DNA from: Catajapyx aquilonaris
Lineage: Eukaryota
Direction: 5' to 3'
Assembly: GCA_000934665.2 (NCBI GenBank)
Contig: KZ539035.1
Span: 1 to 35,739, forward strand
Length of the DNA: 35,739 nt
Of this stretch, positions 23,907 to 34,808 are shown one piece after another (positions within the stretch are counted from its first letter, which is position 1; every line of letters begins with the position of its first letter). The notes beneath the pieces are model-generated. The model saw only the letters and a program-made list of their open reading frames with translations, was not told where the DNA came from and made no database searches. The translations under genes and the position numbers were made by a program.

Positions 23907-26900
23907 CAGGCGACCTATTTCAGAACACCAGGAAACGCGAATGCCTGATTTTGCGCTTTTTATTTACGACCCAGGGAAAAATTATTACCATGTTCATTGT
24001 ATGCTTTGCCATGTCTCCTATCACATATCCAGAGCATGGAAATCATGATCCATAAACAAAATCACAAGGATCAATTGAAAATTATGATAGCCAGCTGGGT
24101 GTGAAGCGGCCAAGAAAGATTTCCTATACGGGAAGTACCCGTTTTATGCCGCACCATTTTACGCCGTTTCACATTAATGCCGGTTTTAAAATTAATTTTG
24201 TATCGGAATTTTTTGAAATATTTGATGATAACACAATCTAAACATGAACGCATCACTTCAACACTTCTGAGACCAAACACACAAACGAATACCTGCTCTC
24301 CTTTTGTTTTTCCTGGTGCATTGTGGCAGGTTCTATCGATATGTGAACTGTACAGTACTGTATTGTTCGGTATTGTTGATCTTGGCACTCCCCGAAGTAC
24401 TCCAACCTTTGTTACAATACCCTATGACTGTGTACTGCAATTATTATTCTTGCCAACCTGCCCGTTGTTCTATTGTTTTCATTGTTGAATATGCAATGTT
24501 GATTATTTTCAAACGTGAGTGAAGGAAGGAAGATCCTTACTTTCGGTTTGTTGACAGCGAAGGTTGCTAGGCAACTGCAAAGGTTGCGGAAAAGCGCCCT
24601 TAGACTCAAATACATGCGCTTTTTGGACTTTTGCCGGGATCACCGAAAGGTAAGACATGGGTGTGAGAAATTTCAGCGCCTTCCGTGCCCGGGAAGTGGC
24701 TTAATTAGGCATGATAAATATATATACAAATATATGTACAAATTTTCAGCTTTATATTAATATTTGTTAATTAGGGAACTTGATCTTCTGAATTTTTCGA
24801 GAGCAGGAGGCTATAAACTGGATTTTATGCTAAACGGGCACGTAATTTGAGAGCAAATAATTGGTATGTTTTTTTTTCCTTTTAGAAAAATTCAGAAGCA
24901 ACTTTTTCAAATATGATTGCGATCTAGTGAATTAGCTCGTTGTAATCAAAGTAATTATCCCTTTTCAGTGATGTAAAAAAATGTCTGCTTTTTTTTCAGC
25001 GCGATATCTGAAACTTCGCATCTGAAACTTCGCTCATAAGGTAAGCTGTCAGGGCTGACAGGCAGGTTATAACTTTTGACAGTGTAGCACTACGCAGAAA
25101 CGGTTTGCATTTTGTTTAATACATTTCCTGCCTATATTATTTTGCCAAGTTTCATTCAGCAACTCCATTGACAACATTTGCTGTTCCCTTGTAAGTATAG
25201 GTAGTACAGCCACAGAAAAGCAGCAAAATTGTGTGCTAGATCCATGATGACCTTGAATTATTTATGCAGAACAGATGTATGCTGCAGCCTGTGTGTTTGT
25301 GTGAGCCTGTAGTAGTAGAGTGGGTGAGTTTTGGAATTATAGTTTTACTATTAGGTTGGCATTATCACCAATAGTAGAGAACCTACATCACCCTTCAGGA
25401 ATTACACATGTACTTGTGGTCTTCAACTTGGAAAATGTAGAGAAGCTGGCCACCACAGAAGGCTCAGTGTGGGTAGTGGCCAGGGGCAGTGGCTGTGTCA
25501 CAAATGCAGAACTGCGAGTGATGGGTTGCATTAGAGCAGAGGCTAGTCAGAAAGTATTGATTTTTTGGGAGGCAGCGCGAATATTTTTTTATCCCTGCTT
25601 AATGTGGCAAGTGTAGGGGGCACGCTGTACCAAAATAACCCATGACCTAACCTTCCTTAATTGCGGATGCAGGCCTATCTTTCAGCAGATACACACCTAG
25701 CTGCTGCTGAGTATCAGCTAATAGTCAGAATAACTACTGCTATAATAGTTATTTCAAAGTAGCTGCTATTTATCTCCCACTGCCCCGACAAGGGAACTGC
25801 TTCTGGTATGATAGGGGGATCATGGATTGATATCTAGAAAAATATTCACCTCCCACTGCACAGTTTCTGTGACACAGCCACTGCTCCCAGCCACTATTCA
25901 CCCCCNCCCTCTACATGCCTCATTTTCCTAGAACAGCCTGCAACTTTTGTGGTATTCTTTCATGTTTGACATGAAAGTCAGTTCACAGGATGAAGCATCA
26001 AGAGTCTACCAATTTTGACGTGCATGCAATTCTAGAACACATGATGCATGCACAGTGGTACTCTAAGGTATTATAAAATGTTGCCATTTTAACCTAGAAT
26101 GCATATTTCCTATGCCATAAAAGCAGTTTTCATCAGTTTCATCATTTTTCAGCTATTGGTTAAGTACCAGCCTGCATGGAAAAGTGTTGAACATAGCAGA
26201 TTCATATGTCAGGCTGAACATAGGACACTCGGCCTGCCCACCCAATGACGGAGTCATTTCGTTTACAAACTCATTGTCAACAGAAATCTGCTGAACGCAC
26301 CCTTGGTTGGAACCTCTCACTTTTCAAATTTCCATGGAGATGGTGAAGCCCTTATGCAACAGGAGTAAACAGTGTTCTTTGTGGAGGTTCCAGGGCATTC
26401 AACAGATATCAGTGGACCAGGAGTTGGTAAGTGAAATGACTACTTCATTGGGTGGAAAGGTCAAGTCCCCTAGATCAAGCAGGTGAGTAGTAACCTATTC
26501 TGCAATGGGCTGAAAGCAAGTATGCGGGACATTCGCCAAATCAATTAGGAAACAGTACCTGCGGCTGGCCGACCCTTTGATTCGTTGTTTTGCTTCTGGG
26601 TTTGAAGTCGGGGAAGTGATCAGGGACCCCGGAATGAATTCCTCAAGCTTGACCAGAATACATATGGGATCATTGTCATCTCTCTGGTCGAATCGTAAGT
26701 TGCTAGGTTACGAATAACCTCTTCTAAATTTGGTCGTTTACAAACTTAGGCTACAAATTTCGAACATCACCAGTACGCACGGATCGGTACAGATTTTGAG
26801 GTGATTATAGCATGGAATAGACCTTTGTCTTGGTGATGCTGTATGGCTTTTTGTTACCGCAACAGTTGTTGTGGCCCTGCTAGACACGGTACGTCGCCCA

Positions 26901-27550
26901 TGCGTGATATATTTAGTTTTTGAGGAGCGAAAGCGGTGCCGGGCGCTTATTGTGGGTTTGTATACGCCTACAATGCGGTCCTCATTGTGCGCCGCAGGCC
27001 AACGAACGTTCCTGTGGCTGAAATCAAGCGCGAAATTTACCTCCACAGAGTCTGTTAAACCAACTTATGACATGCGACGTCACGATCCGCCCGCCCGCCT
27101 CCACCCTACTCTCCCCTTCCATCATGTCCACGACTCACTCTGCAGACATAACTCTGCACTTGCTCAGAAAACACGGCTGGTGTGACATCATGTCGTTCTG
27201 CAGCAACCATCATAGTATTTAAATTTGCCACCTCCTTCCCACCAGCACTCCCAACCACGCCGCGTCACTACTACTAAATTCACGGTGGAAGACCGGATAG
27301 GCTCCACCCCCTACCACCCGTCATGGCCAGCTCTGCTGCCAAATGCCAAATAGAAGGTTGGATGGTTTATGGCAGGGGACTCCTTTATTTACCTCTTCTA
27401 CCCCATTAAACCCTATTATACCTCTCCCCACATCCCCAGGGCCGGCGCTAGGGGTGTGCGACCAGTGCTACCGCACAGGGCGCAGATGCGTGTGGGGCGC
27501 GAAAGAAGCGTGATGAGCCCTTTCCAAATAATATAAAAATGTCGTATAAA

Positions 27551-27677
27551 AAAGGCGCCCTCTTCCCAAAAGGCGCCCTCTTCCAAAAAGGCGCCCCCTT
27601 CCCAAAAGGCGCCCCTTCCAAAAGGTCCCCCCCTTCCAAAACGGCGCCCCCTTCCAAAAAGGTGCTCCCTTCCAAAA
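27551..27677. repeat. Minisatellite, about 7 units of 16-18 bp (AAAGGCGCCCYCTTCCMA)
   Basis: Direct tandem units without spacers. A single similar unit occurs at about 6716-6730 in another hAT MITE. Confidence 0.9.
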
Positions 27678-27700
27678 AGTAAATAAAAAGCAGTCGGAGG

Positions 27701-28359
27701 CAGTGCCGGATTTATAGGAGGCGCAGGGTACGAGCGCCCCCGGCGCCCCTGCCAGGGGGCACCCACAAAAAGTTTAACATATTTCATTTAATTATTAAAA
27801 ATTAAAAATTAACTACTTGTGACGATACTGACGAACCTCTATCTCCACGCTTAAATGCCTAATAATAGTAAGCAATTCCTCATCGGAAAAGGGAGACAAA
27901 GTAGTGACGGGAGCACTATACCCGCTTTCCCGTGGCAGTGAATTATCCTTAGTGGCGTATGCAGGGGGGCACGGGGCCCAGGCGGGTCGCCCCCTGCCCA
28001 CCCCCCACGAAATGTTTTAAATAGCCGGAAATAGTATTATAAATTACTAATTCATGATTTTAGGGGGAAAAGTGCTACCAATTTCATCAAATACACACCC
28101 ATTCAAATCTCCCACATTCACCTAAGCTCGGGTAACCTTGAACCCCAAAAATTTGCGCCTGCGGCGGGCTTCCTCCTCTACATTTACCGCTTGTTCACCT
28201 AGTGCTCATAATTCATGAAATGGGGCCCCCACCCGAAATTTTCTGCCTTATTGCTGTATATTTTAATTTCTACGTTCGGGGGGGGGGGGGGGGGGGGNGG
28301 GGGGGGGGGGGGGGGGGGGCTAACCAAGATCGCCCCGGAGCCCCCTAAATCCGGCCCTG
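27701..28359. mobile_element. hAT-like element nested in 27437-28420
   Basis: CAGTGCCGGATTTA...TAAATCCGGCCCTG with TSD GTCGGAGG/GTCGGGGG (7/8). Confidence 0.82.
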
Positions 28360-29066
28360 GTCGGGGGGCGTAATATATGTCAAACGGCACAGGGCGCCAT
28401 CTCACCTAACGCCGGCCCTGCACATCCCTTGAGGCGATTGCCACTCTTGGCAACTGAGCAGGAGTGTGCCAAGCCTGGAAAAACGGTTAAGCTCAACTCC
28501 AATGGTATTTCTTCATAAGCTTTCCCTAATACTACAAAAATGTCGAACGTATTTCCAAACGTGATTTTTCAGTGGGCAGGGCCTATCCAGTCTTCCACCG
28601 TGAATTTAGTAGTAGATGAGGATAAACGATAAACTTTCTAGATTTTCATTGTTGCGTAACGCGTTCTTGAGCTGGCATGTTTGTTCGTAACCTAGCAACT
28701 TACGATTCGACCAGAGAGATGACAATGATCCCATCTGTATTCTGGTCAAGCTTGAGGAATTAATTCCGGGGTCCCTGGTCACTTCCCCGACTTCAAACAC
28801 AGAAGCAAAACAACGAATCAAAGGGTCGGCAAGCCGCAGGTACTGTTTCCTAATTGATTCGGCGAATGTCCCGTATATTGGACATGAGCCGTTCTCTGCA
28901 ACTCTGCCTCTCGCTTAAAGAACCCATGGCTTAGTTCTTCTTGGCCTCGGTGCAGTTTATCCCGGCAAAAGTCTAGCAGGTTTCTATATATATTTTCTGA
29001 ATCTACTCGATGAGCTGAGTCGAATGATACTATTCCTAGTGTGTGGAAATGCTTGGTTCAAGAGTA

Positions 29067-29625
29067 CAGTAAAACTTCTATAAGTCGAATCTCCATGGGA
29101 CCGGGACAAAACTTCGAGTTATAGAATATTCGAGTTAGAGAAGTTTGGAATTTTGAAAAGACAGAACTCTATAAGGGAGGCTACCTTCATATCCAGCGAC
29201 AAAAGGTGTTCAAAACTTAAAAATAACTGTCACTATCACACTTACAATGTTCCTCGTTGATTATTTGTAAAAAAAACTCTGTTATGGACATTTGCCTACT
29301 CTTAGATTCAATTGGCACAATCGAGTCAAACACTTCTTTTGGTGCCTCTGGTAGACGGAGATCAGGAAATCGAGCCTTTCTGTACATGTGGCCTACTCTC
29401 GACCCTTCGGCTGGTAAATGAGACAATTTTCCGTACTCGCCAACATGAACTTGGACTTAGGGAGACTGAAAATGCATTGATACCCCATCGTAAGGCCCTG
29501 CCTGCACTTCAAGTTATAGAAATTCGAGTTAGGGAAGTTCATTTCCTATTCTTTTACATTGTGACCAACCAAGCTCATCATTTTCTTCGACTTATAGAGA
29601 ACTTCGACTTATAGAAGTTTTACTG
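29067..29625. mobile_element. pogo/Tigger-like MITE, complete
   Basis: TA|CAGTAAAACTTCTATAAGTCGAA...TTCGACTTATAGAAGTTTTACTG|TA. Its removal restores the host TIR. Confidence 0.92.
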
Positions 29626-29845
29626 TAATTGAATTTTGAAATTGCTAGTAATAAGAATGAATCAAATGAAAGTAAACTGTATTACTTTGTTGAATCTGTC
29701 CACTCCCATTGTTGCGTGAAGTTATTCTCCGTGGAAACGTGAGAGTTGCCATAACAACGTGCTGTGAGGGATGCTGAATGATGTAAATAAACGCAGTTGT
29801 TCTTGGTTCGTTGGATATAGAACGAGAGTGTACTGATGAGTTTAA

Positions 29846-30703
29846 TACTCATAAGATGGGTGGTTTTTCGCGTTTTTGCAAGGATCTGCAAAAAATACGC
29901 TTGCTTTGTCATTTGGGGAACGAGACTTGAATACACTAGTGAATAAGATCGTCTAGTGTCCAGGCTTGATCCTGAGGCCAACTATGTGACCCTCCTCTCA
30001 TACCATACGGATTTGCAAATACTTAAAAGAGCAACAAGGTGGCGCAAGGGGTTTGTTTCGTGCCAACTCCAATTTTTTGTCACTCTCCCTGCTTGACAAA
30101 AAGTATATCGGTGTGTAGCCTTGGCACCGCTGAACAAAGCAGTACATAAGCACATAGCATGAATTACATCACAGGACCGGCAGGTGAGCAGCAGTGATAA
30201 ACATCACCCCCTCCCGAGTGTAAACCTCCCTCGCGCCACAGCTGTTCAAAAGCCTTGTGGGGCATGCGCCCCTCCATCCTGGCGGAGGCCGGCCGGGAGT
30301 TGCGCAGAGGGCCGCCAGACGGTATTTGGCATTTACGAACATTATTTATTTATTTTTAAACTATTGAAATTATCTTTTGCACTAATTTTAGGGTGGAATC
30401 TCTTGTGGAGGTTTGGGGCAACTCTCTATGCCAAAAATTTGCCGGTCAAGGTCGGATTTATTATCTTTTTTGAAGTTTTTTTTCAGCGGCCCCAAAAAGA
30501 TGGTTTCATTCAAGTTAATCTGGTTAATCCGGTTTATTTATGCACGATTTTGTAGTCCAAAACTCGCGATATATTACGCGAGAAGAAATTCAAAAAGCCC
30601 CACAGAAACCACGTTATATAGTGGGAAAACGCTATAGTATCACCAGCAGACTTTTTTAAAGCCACCGTATCAGCATAATTATGATACGCCCGTCTTATTA
30701 GGG
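29846..30703. mobile_element. TTAA-flanked (piggyBac-like) non-autonomous element
   Basis: Right end CGCCCGTCTTATTAGGG|TTAA and degenerate left end TTAA|TACTCATAAGATGGGTG. Both end regions are homologous to 33849-34808. Confidence 0.55.
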
Positions 30704-32053
30704 TTAATTTAACATCATTCAGGAGCATTCATGGCCGAGGCATATCAGTGTGTATCTGGAATTAGGCAAGCTTTGGGGCCAGCCTTCCTAGAAGTCAGGA
30801 GGGAGGATGGTGTCTCCTGGGCCACTGCTCAAGGCATCTTTCCCACCAACAAGTGTTGCCATAAAATGCATCCTAAGCTTTTTTAAATTACTCAAGGCAT
30901 GCCCCATGCTGATTGTGTTGGTGTTATCTGTGAGGTGTTGGAGTGATCGCACCAGTACTGTCCATCTTGTGACCCTGCCAGGCATGGTATGTCGCCCGTG
31001 TGAGATAATTTAAGTTAATGCGGAGCGCAAGCGGAGCTAGGCGCTTATTGTGAGTTTTTAATCCCTTGTGGCGCCGCAGGCCAACGAACATTATTGTGGC
31101 TTTGCCACAGCTACATCATGCAACACCCCCAAATTGCGTTTAAAATTACCATGGAGATGCCTTCACTCAACAATGGGTGTAGACTGTTCCAACAAAGGAA
31201 TACTTGTTGACTTTCACTTTATTCATTGTTATTACTTGCAATTGCAAAATTCAATTACTCTTGAACCAAACATTTCCGCACACTAGGAATAGTGTCATTT
31301 GACTCAGCTCATTGAGTAGATTATGAAAATATATAGAAACCTGCAAGAGTTTTGCTGGGATAAACTGCACCCTTACCTTCTTCTTTATCATTACCGCTAT
31401 ATTTTCTAAATAACAATTTCCTATATTTCCCTCATGTGAAATTTTAGGATGCTGAGAGAAAAAGAGTTAATAATCAATGGCAAAGAGACAATTTCACATA
31501 CCCTGATTTTCTGTTGTTCCAAGGAAAAAGTCTGATCTACAAAATGGATGCAGGGCCTGCACGTGACTTTTGTTCTTATTAGTTTAGTGCATTAAGCTTT
31601 TCTTCCTTGGAACAGCAGATCTGTACAAACCTACATGCATCCCGGAGCACAAAATTTCAAGCCCATTAATTATCTAGATGAGGTCAAATCACATGCTATT
31701 TCAGGTCAAACCACTGATGCTAATTCAAGTTCTCATTATGTTAATTCCAACACTGGAAAAGAACAGGTTAGCAAGCGTCACACATTCCATTATTTTGTTA
31801 ATCAAGGCCACCGTTATTGGGGTAAAATTAGGAGAGGATTAGGATTTGGCCGACTCACCCAAGAGAACATTAAGTGAAACAACAGAAGCCTTCCCGCCAC
31901 CAATGTTTTTGCACCTGGATTGGCACAACATGTAATCGTACTCACAATTATTGATGGCACAGTTGTTGAAGTGACGCCTTTACTGTCAGCGCCAGTGTCG
32001 GCAGGTGTGGCAGGGTTGTTCATGCGCATGCACTCAGACGGACTCACATGTAC

Positions 32054-32155
32054 CTTGCTGGCCAGGAGGCTCTTAATGAGCGCTGAGGCTGGCGATGGTG
32101 ATGGTACCAATGATGGTGCTGAAGGCGGAGGCGCAGGGTTGTTGCCAGCTGCAGC
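32054..32155 (-). CDS. ARID2: Internal coding exon A of probable ARID2/BAP170 (AAAGNNPAPPPSAPSLVPSPSPASALIKSLLASK)
   Basis: Pyrimidine-rich acceptor ...ttgtgtttggtaaAG|GCT (alternative gcAG| at 32148) and donor AAG|GTacat. Joins exon B in frame as LIKSLLASK|VAQRQRQ, which resembles the LIKSLLANKV motif I recall from insect BAP170/ARID2. Gene identity is from memory; no ARID, RFX-like or zinc-finger domain lies in the window. Confidence 0.65.
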
Positions 32156-33404
32156 CTTTACCAAACACAACGCCCACAGAAAACAGAAAGTATACCGTAT
32201 TGCTGAAGAAATGCTCAAATACACTCAGGAGCCACCCATAAATTGCACAATTCTAGCTGGGCACAAATATATGATAAACAACGAAATAAATTTCAGCATT
32301 CTTCAACAGAAGCGCCAATTTATACAGGGCATTTCTCTGCCCAAGTTCACTATCTGAAGTGAGAAGACAGCCTGGGAGAATTGATGGATTATTCCCCTTT
32401 GGCAATGTAACCAAGTTGGCACCATGTAAGAAGGTAAAAAAAAAAAATCTTGCATTGAATCTGCAGTGAAGTTTGAATGCAGCCTGGGAGAGAGAATAAT
32501 AATCCATCCACCCTTCCCCATGCCCCTTCTTTGGATAATAACCTTGCACAGAGAAACACCTGGGACACTGCTGCTTTAGTAACATGGATTAGTTCATAAA
32601 AAGACAAATGAATCCTCTAGATGTAATATATGCATAGTGAGAGTGATTTGCCTCCAAAAAAACCACATTGCAACACACTGCATGTCTTGAGCTGCTTTTA
32701 TCTAGGGCTGTTTCACATCTACAGTAGCAAATTGCGATTTAGAATTACCGCGTGTGAACCATTACAACATCAATGATGCTGTTCTATGTGATACCCCTGT
32801 ATTCTGACTATCACCCAACACCTGCTCTACACTAGCCATATGGGACATCACCACTCCTCACTTACTGGTGCAGAAATTACAATTTCCAATATATTTTACA
32901 GTATTTATGAATTTAATTTATTGTTTCATGTTATAATTTATAATTTAGGGGCAGAATCGTGGTGGCTCCCACATGGACGCTCCAATAAGTCCTATAATAA
33001 TCCTATAAGGATGGCTGCCAATAAGGGAGTCTTACGAGTATATCTGCAATCGTGGTGACATCTCATACCGGCTCTTTAATTGGCGGACTCACGCCCCAGC
33101 TATCATTCACAAAGCCTGGTAACCATGATGCAATGGGTTCTAACAGCCAATCCCAGAACAGCCTTCTCCTCGCGTGGGCTGGCAGACATACGAATTCATG
33201 AGGGAGTCGCACAATAACAATACAAATAACAGATAACAATATAAAACACAAGCAAATAAATGACCATAGCCGGTGCGAGCAGTGGGAGGAAGCCGACGTG
33301 CCCAACCTGAAGGTTCCAAGAGGTATCGTGGGATACCTGAGGGACCATGAGGATTTGGTAGGTGGTGTGTTTTCGAGATATACTGCATTTACTAATAGCT
33401 AGTC

Positions 33405-33825
33405 GACCGAAGCAGTGGCAGCGGAGGGGATTTGGAATCCGACTGCTAATCGGGAGGTCCTGGGTTCGAACCCCGGAGGCCGGCGATCCTGACCTTGGTT
33501 TTCTGTGGTTTTTCAAGGTCGCTCCAGGAATAATGTCCGGGATCGTACCGTAATATAGGCCACAGCCGCTTCCCTCCTTTCCCTGTCCTGGAGGAGATGG
33601 GGGTTTCTGACCCGCATCTAGGGGGCAATCTATGGCGAACGGACCCCCTGAGGGACTGCACACGACCCCCAACATGAGACATTGCACATGCACCAGTGTC
33701 CCTCCCTCCTATCCCTACCCTGTCCCTGCACTAGCTACTGTACAATAATAATAACAAAAATAAAGGTTCATGTGATATACCCCCAGTTGGGGGTGAAAGC
33801 ACTACCCCAGTTATTATTATTATTA
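33405..33825 (+). mobile_element. tRNA-derived SINE, family-1 head with extended 3' part
   Basis: B box GGTTCGAACCC, (TTA)n tail, and perfect 15-bp TSD TACTAATAGCTAGTC. Confidence 0.92.
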
Positions 33826-33848
33826 TACTAATAGCTAGTCTAGTAGCA

Positions 33849-34808
33849 CCAATTAGACGGGTGGTTTTTTCACGCTTTTGCAAGCATCTCCAAAAAAATA
33901 GCTTCCTTAGTCATTTTCAAGACACGTGTGACAAATATACTGACAAGGGAAGGTCACAGGGTGATAATGACGGATCTTGATGAAATTGATCATGCTAATA
34001 CAGGACAATATATGATACCCAAAAATGAAATATTTCATGCGGAGGCCCATATTTGCAAAAGTTATGACGTCTTAAAGTTCCCAAAAAACCCATTTTCATT
34101 GAATTCATAATGGGATTACATTAGCGACCACATATAAGACCACATTGAAGTATGTAATCAGTTTCTACATTTTGCCTCATTGGAAAAAAGTCCTACATAA
34201 CGGCTCTGTATCTCTTACGGCTTAGGCCTTGATACCTGTCCACAGACGGACGGACGGACACCAGAGCCGTTCTGTAGGACTTTTTTCCGATGAGAAAAAG
34301 TGTAGAAACTGATTACACACTTCAATGTCATTATATGTGGTCGCTAATGTAATCCCATTATGAATGAAAATGTATTATTTTTGGAACTTTAAGACGTCAT
34401 AACTTTTGCAAATATGGGCCTCCGCACGAAATATTTCATTTTTGGGTATCATATATTGTCCTGTATTAGCATGTTAAATTTCATCAAGATCCGTCATTAT
34501 CACCCCATGACCTTCCCTTGTCAGTATGCCAAAATTTGCCAGCCAAGGTCATACAGGTTTTCTTAGACATGCTTTTTTCCGAGGCCGCAAAATGCTGACG
34601 CCGTGCAAATTTAGGCCATACCTGGCAAATATATACAGTATATAAGATTTCATAGTCATAATATCACGACCTTGTTTTTTTTTTTCGTGACGGAAAACTG
34701 TACAAGCTATTCAGAAACCACGTTACATGGTCGGAAAACGCTCTAGTTTTGCCAGCAGAATTTTTCAAAGTTGCCGTGACATAATAATGTCACGCCCGTC
34801 CTATTAGG
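33849..34808. mobile_element. Diverged relative of 29846-30703
   Basis: 33858-33915 resembles 29858-29915, and 34713-34808 resembles 30603-30702. Confidence 0.6.
33940..34524. mobile_element. 585-bp foldback MITE with (GACG)n in the loop
   Basis: TA|CTGACAAGGGAAGGTCA...TGACCTTCCCTTGTCAG|TA, with arms of about 265 bp. Confidence 0.9.

Larger units (their letters stand above)
21440..24757 (-). mobile_element. Non-autonomous Helitron, copy 2 (expanded, degenerate ends)
   Basis: 24075-24757 is homologous to 18550-19225. Same 3' hairpin CCGTGCGAAGAACGGG, ending in CTAA|T. Confidence 0.8.
27437..28420. mobile_element. hAT-like element
   Basis: CAGGGCCGGCGCTAGG...CCTAACGCCGGCCCTG with a perfect 8-bp TSD CACATCCC. 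Confidence 0.92.
27271..28612. mobile_element. TA-TSD MITE
   Basis: TA|CTACTAAATTCACGGTGGAAGACCGGATAGG...CCTATCCAGTCTTCCACCGTGAATTTAGTAG|TA. Confidence 0.85.
26525..28873. mobile_element. Long-TIR (about 190 bp) element hosting nested insertions
   Basis: 26525-26714 is the reverse complement of 28684-28873. Flanks tatg / tata suggest a TA TSD. Confidence 0.88.
28949..31371. mobile_element. Old long-TIR (about 225 bp) element
   Basis: 28949-29066 plus 29628-29735 is the diverged reverse complement of 31148-31371. TSD not recognisable. Confidence 0.8.

Noticed and set aside
27551..27677. CRISPR-like array
   Set aside because: There are no spacers and no cas genes, and the context is eukaryotic; it is a minisatellite.
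28278..28319. Poly-G tracts as G-quadruplex elements (also at about 3197, 7016 and 10442)
   Set aside because: They contain Ns, so their lengths are unreliable; most are homopolymers within MITEs.
29833..29856. Hammerhead ribozyme core CTGATGAG...
   Set aside because: The downstream GAAA and stems I/III are absent.
33144..33210. HDV-like ribozyme around TCCTCGC
   Set aside because: P3 does not pair cleanly and no convincing P1.1/P2 could be built by eye; an RNArobo/Infernal scan would settle it.
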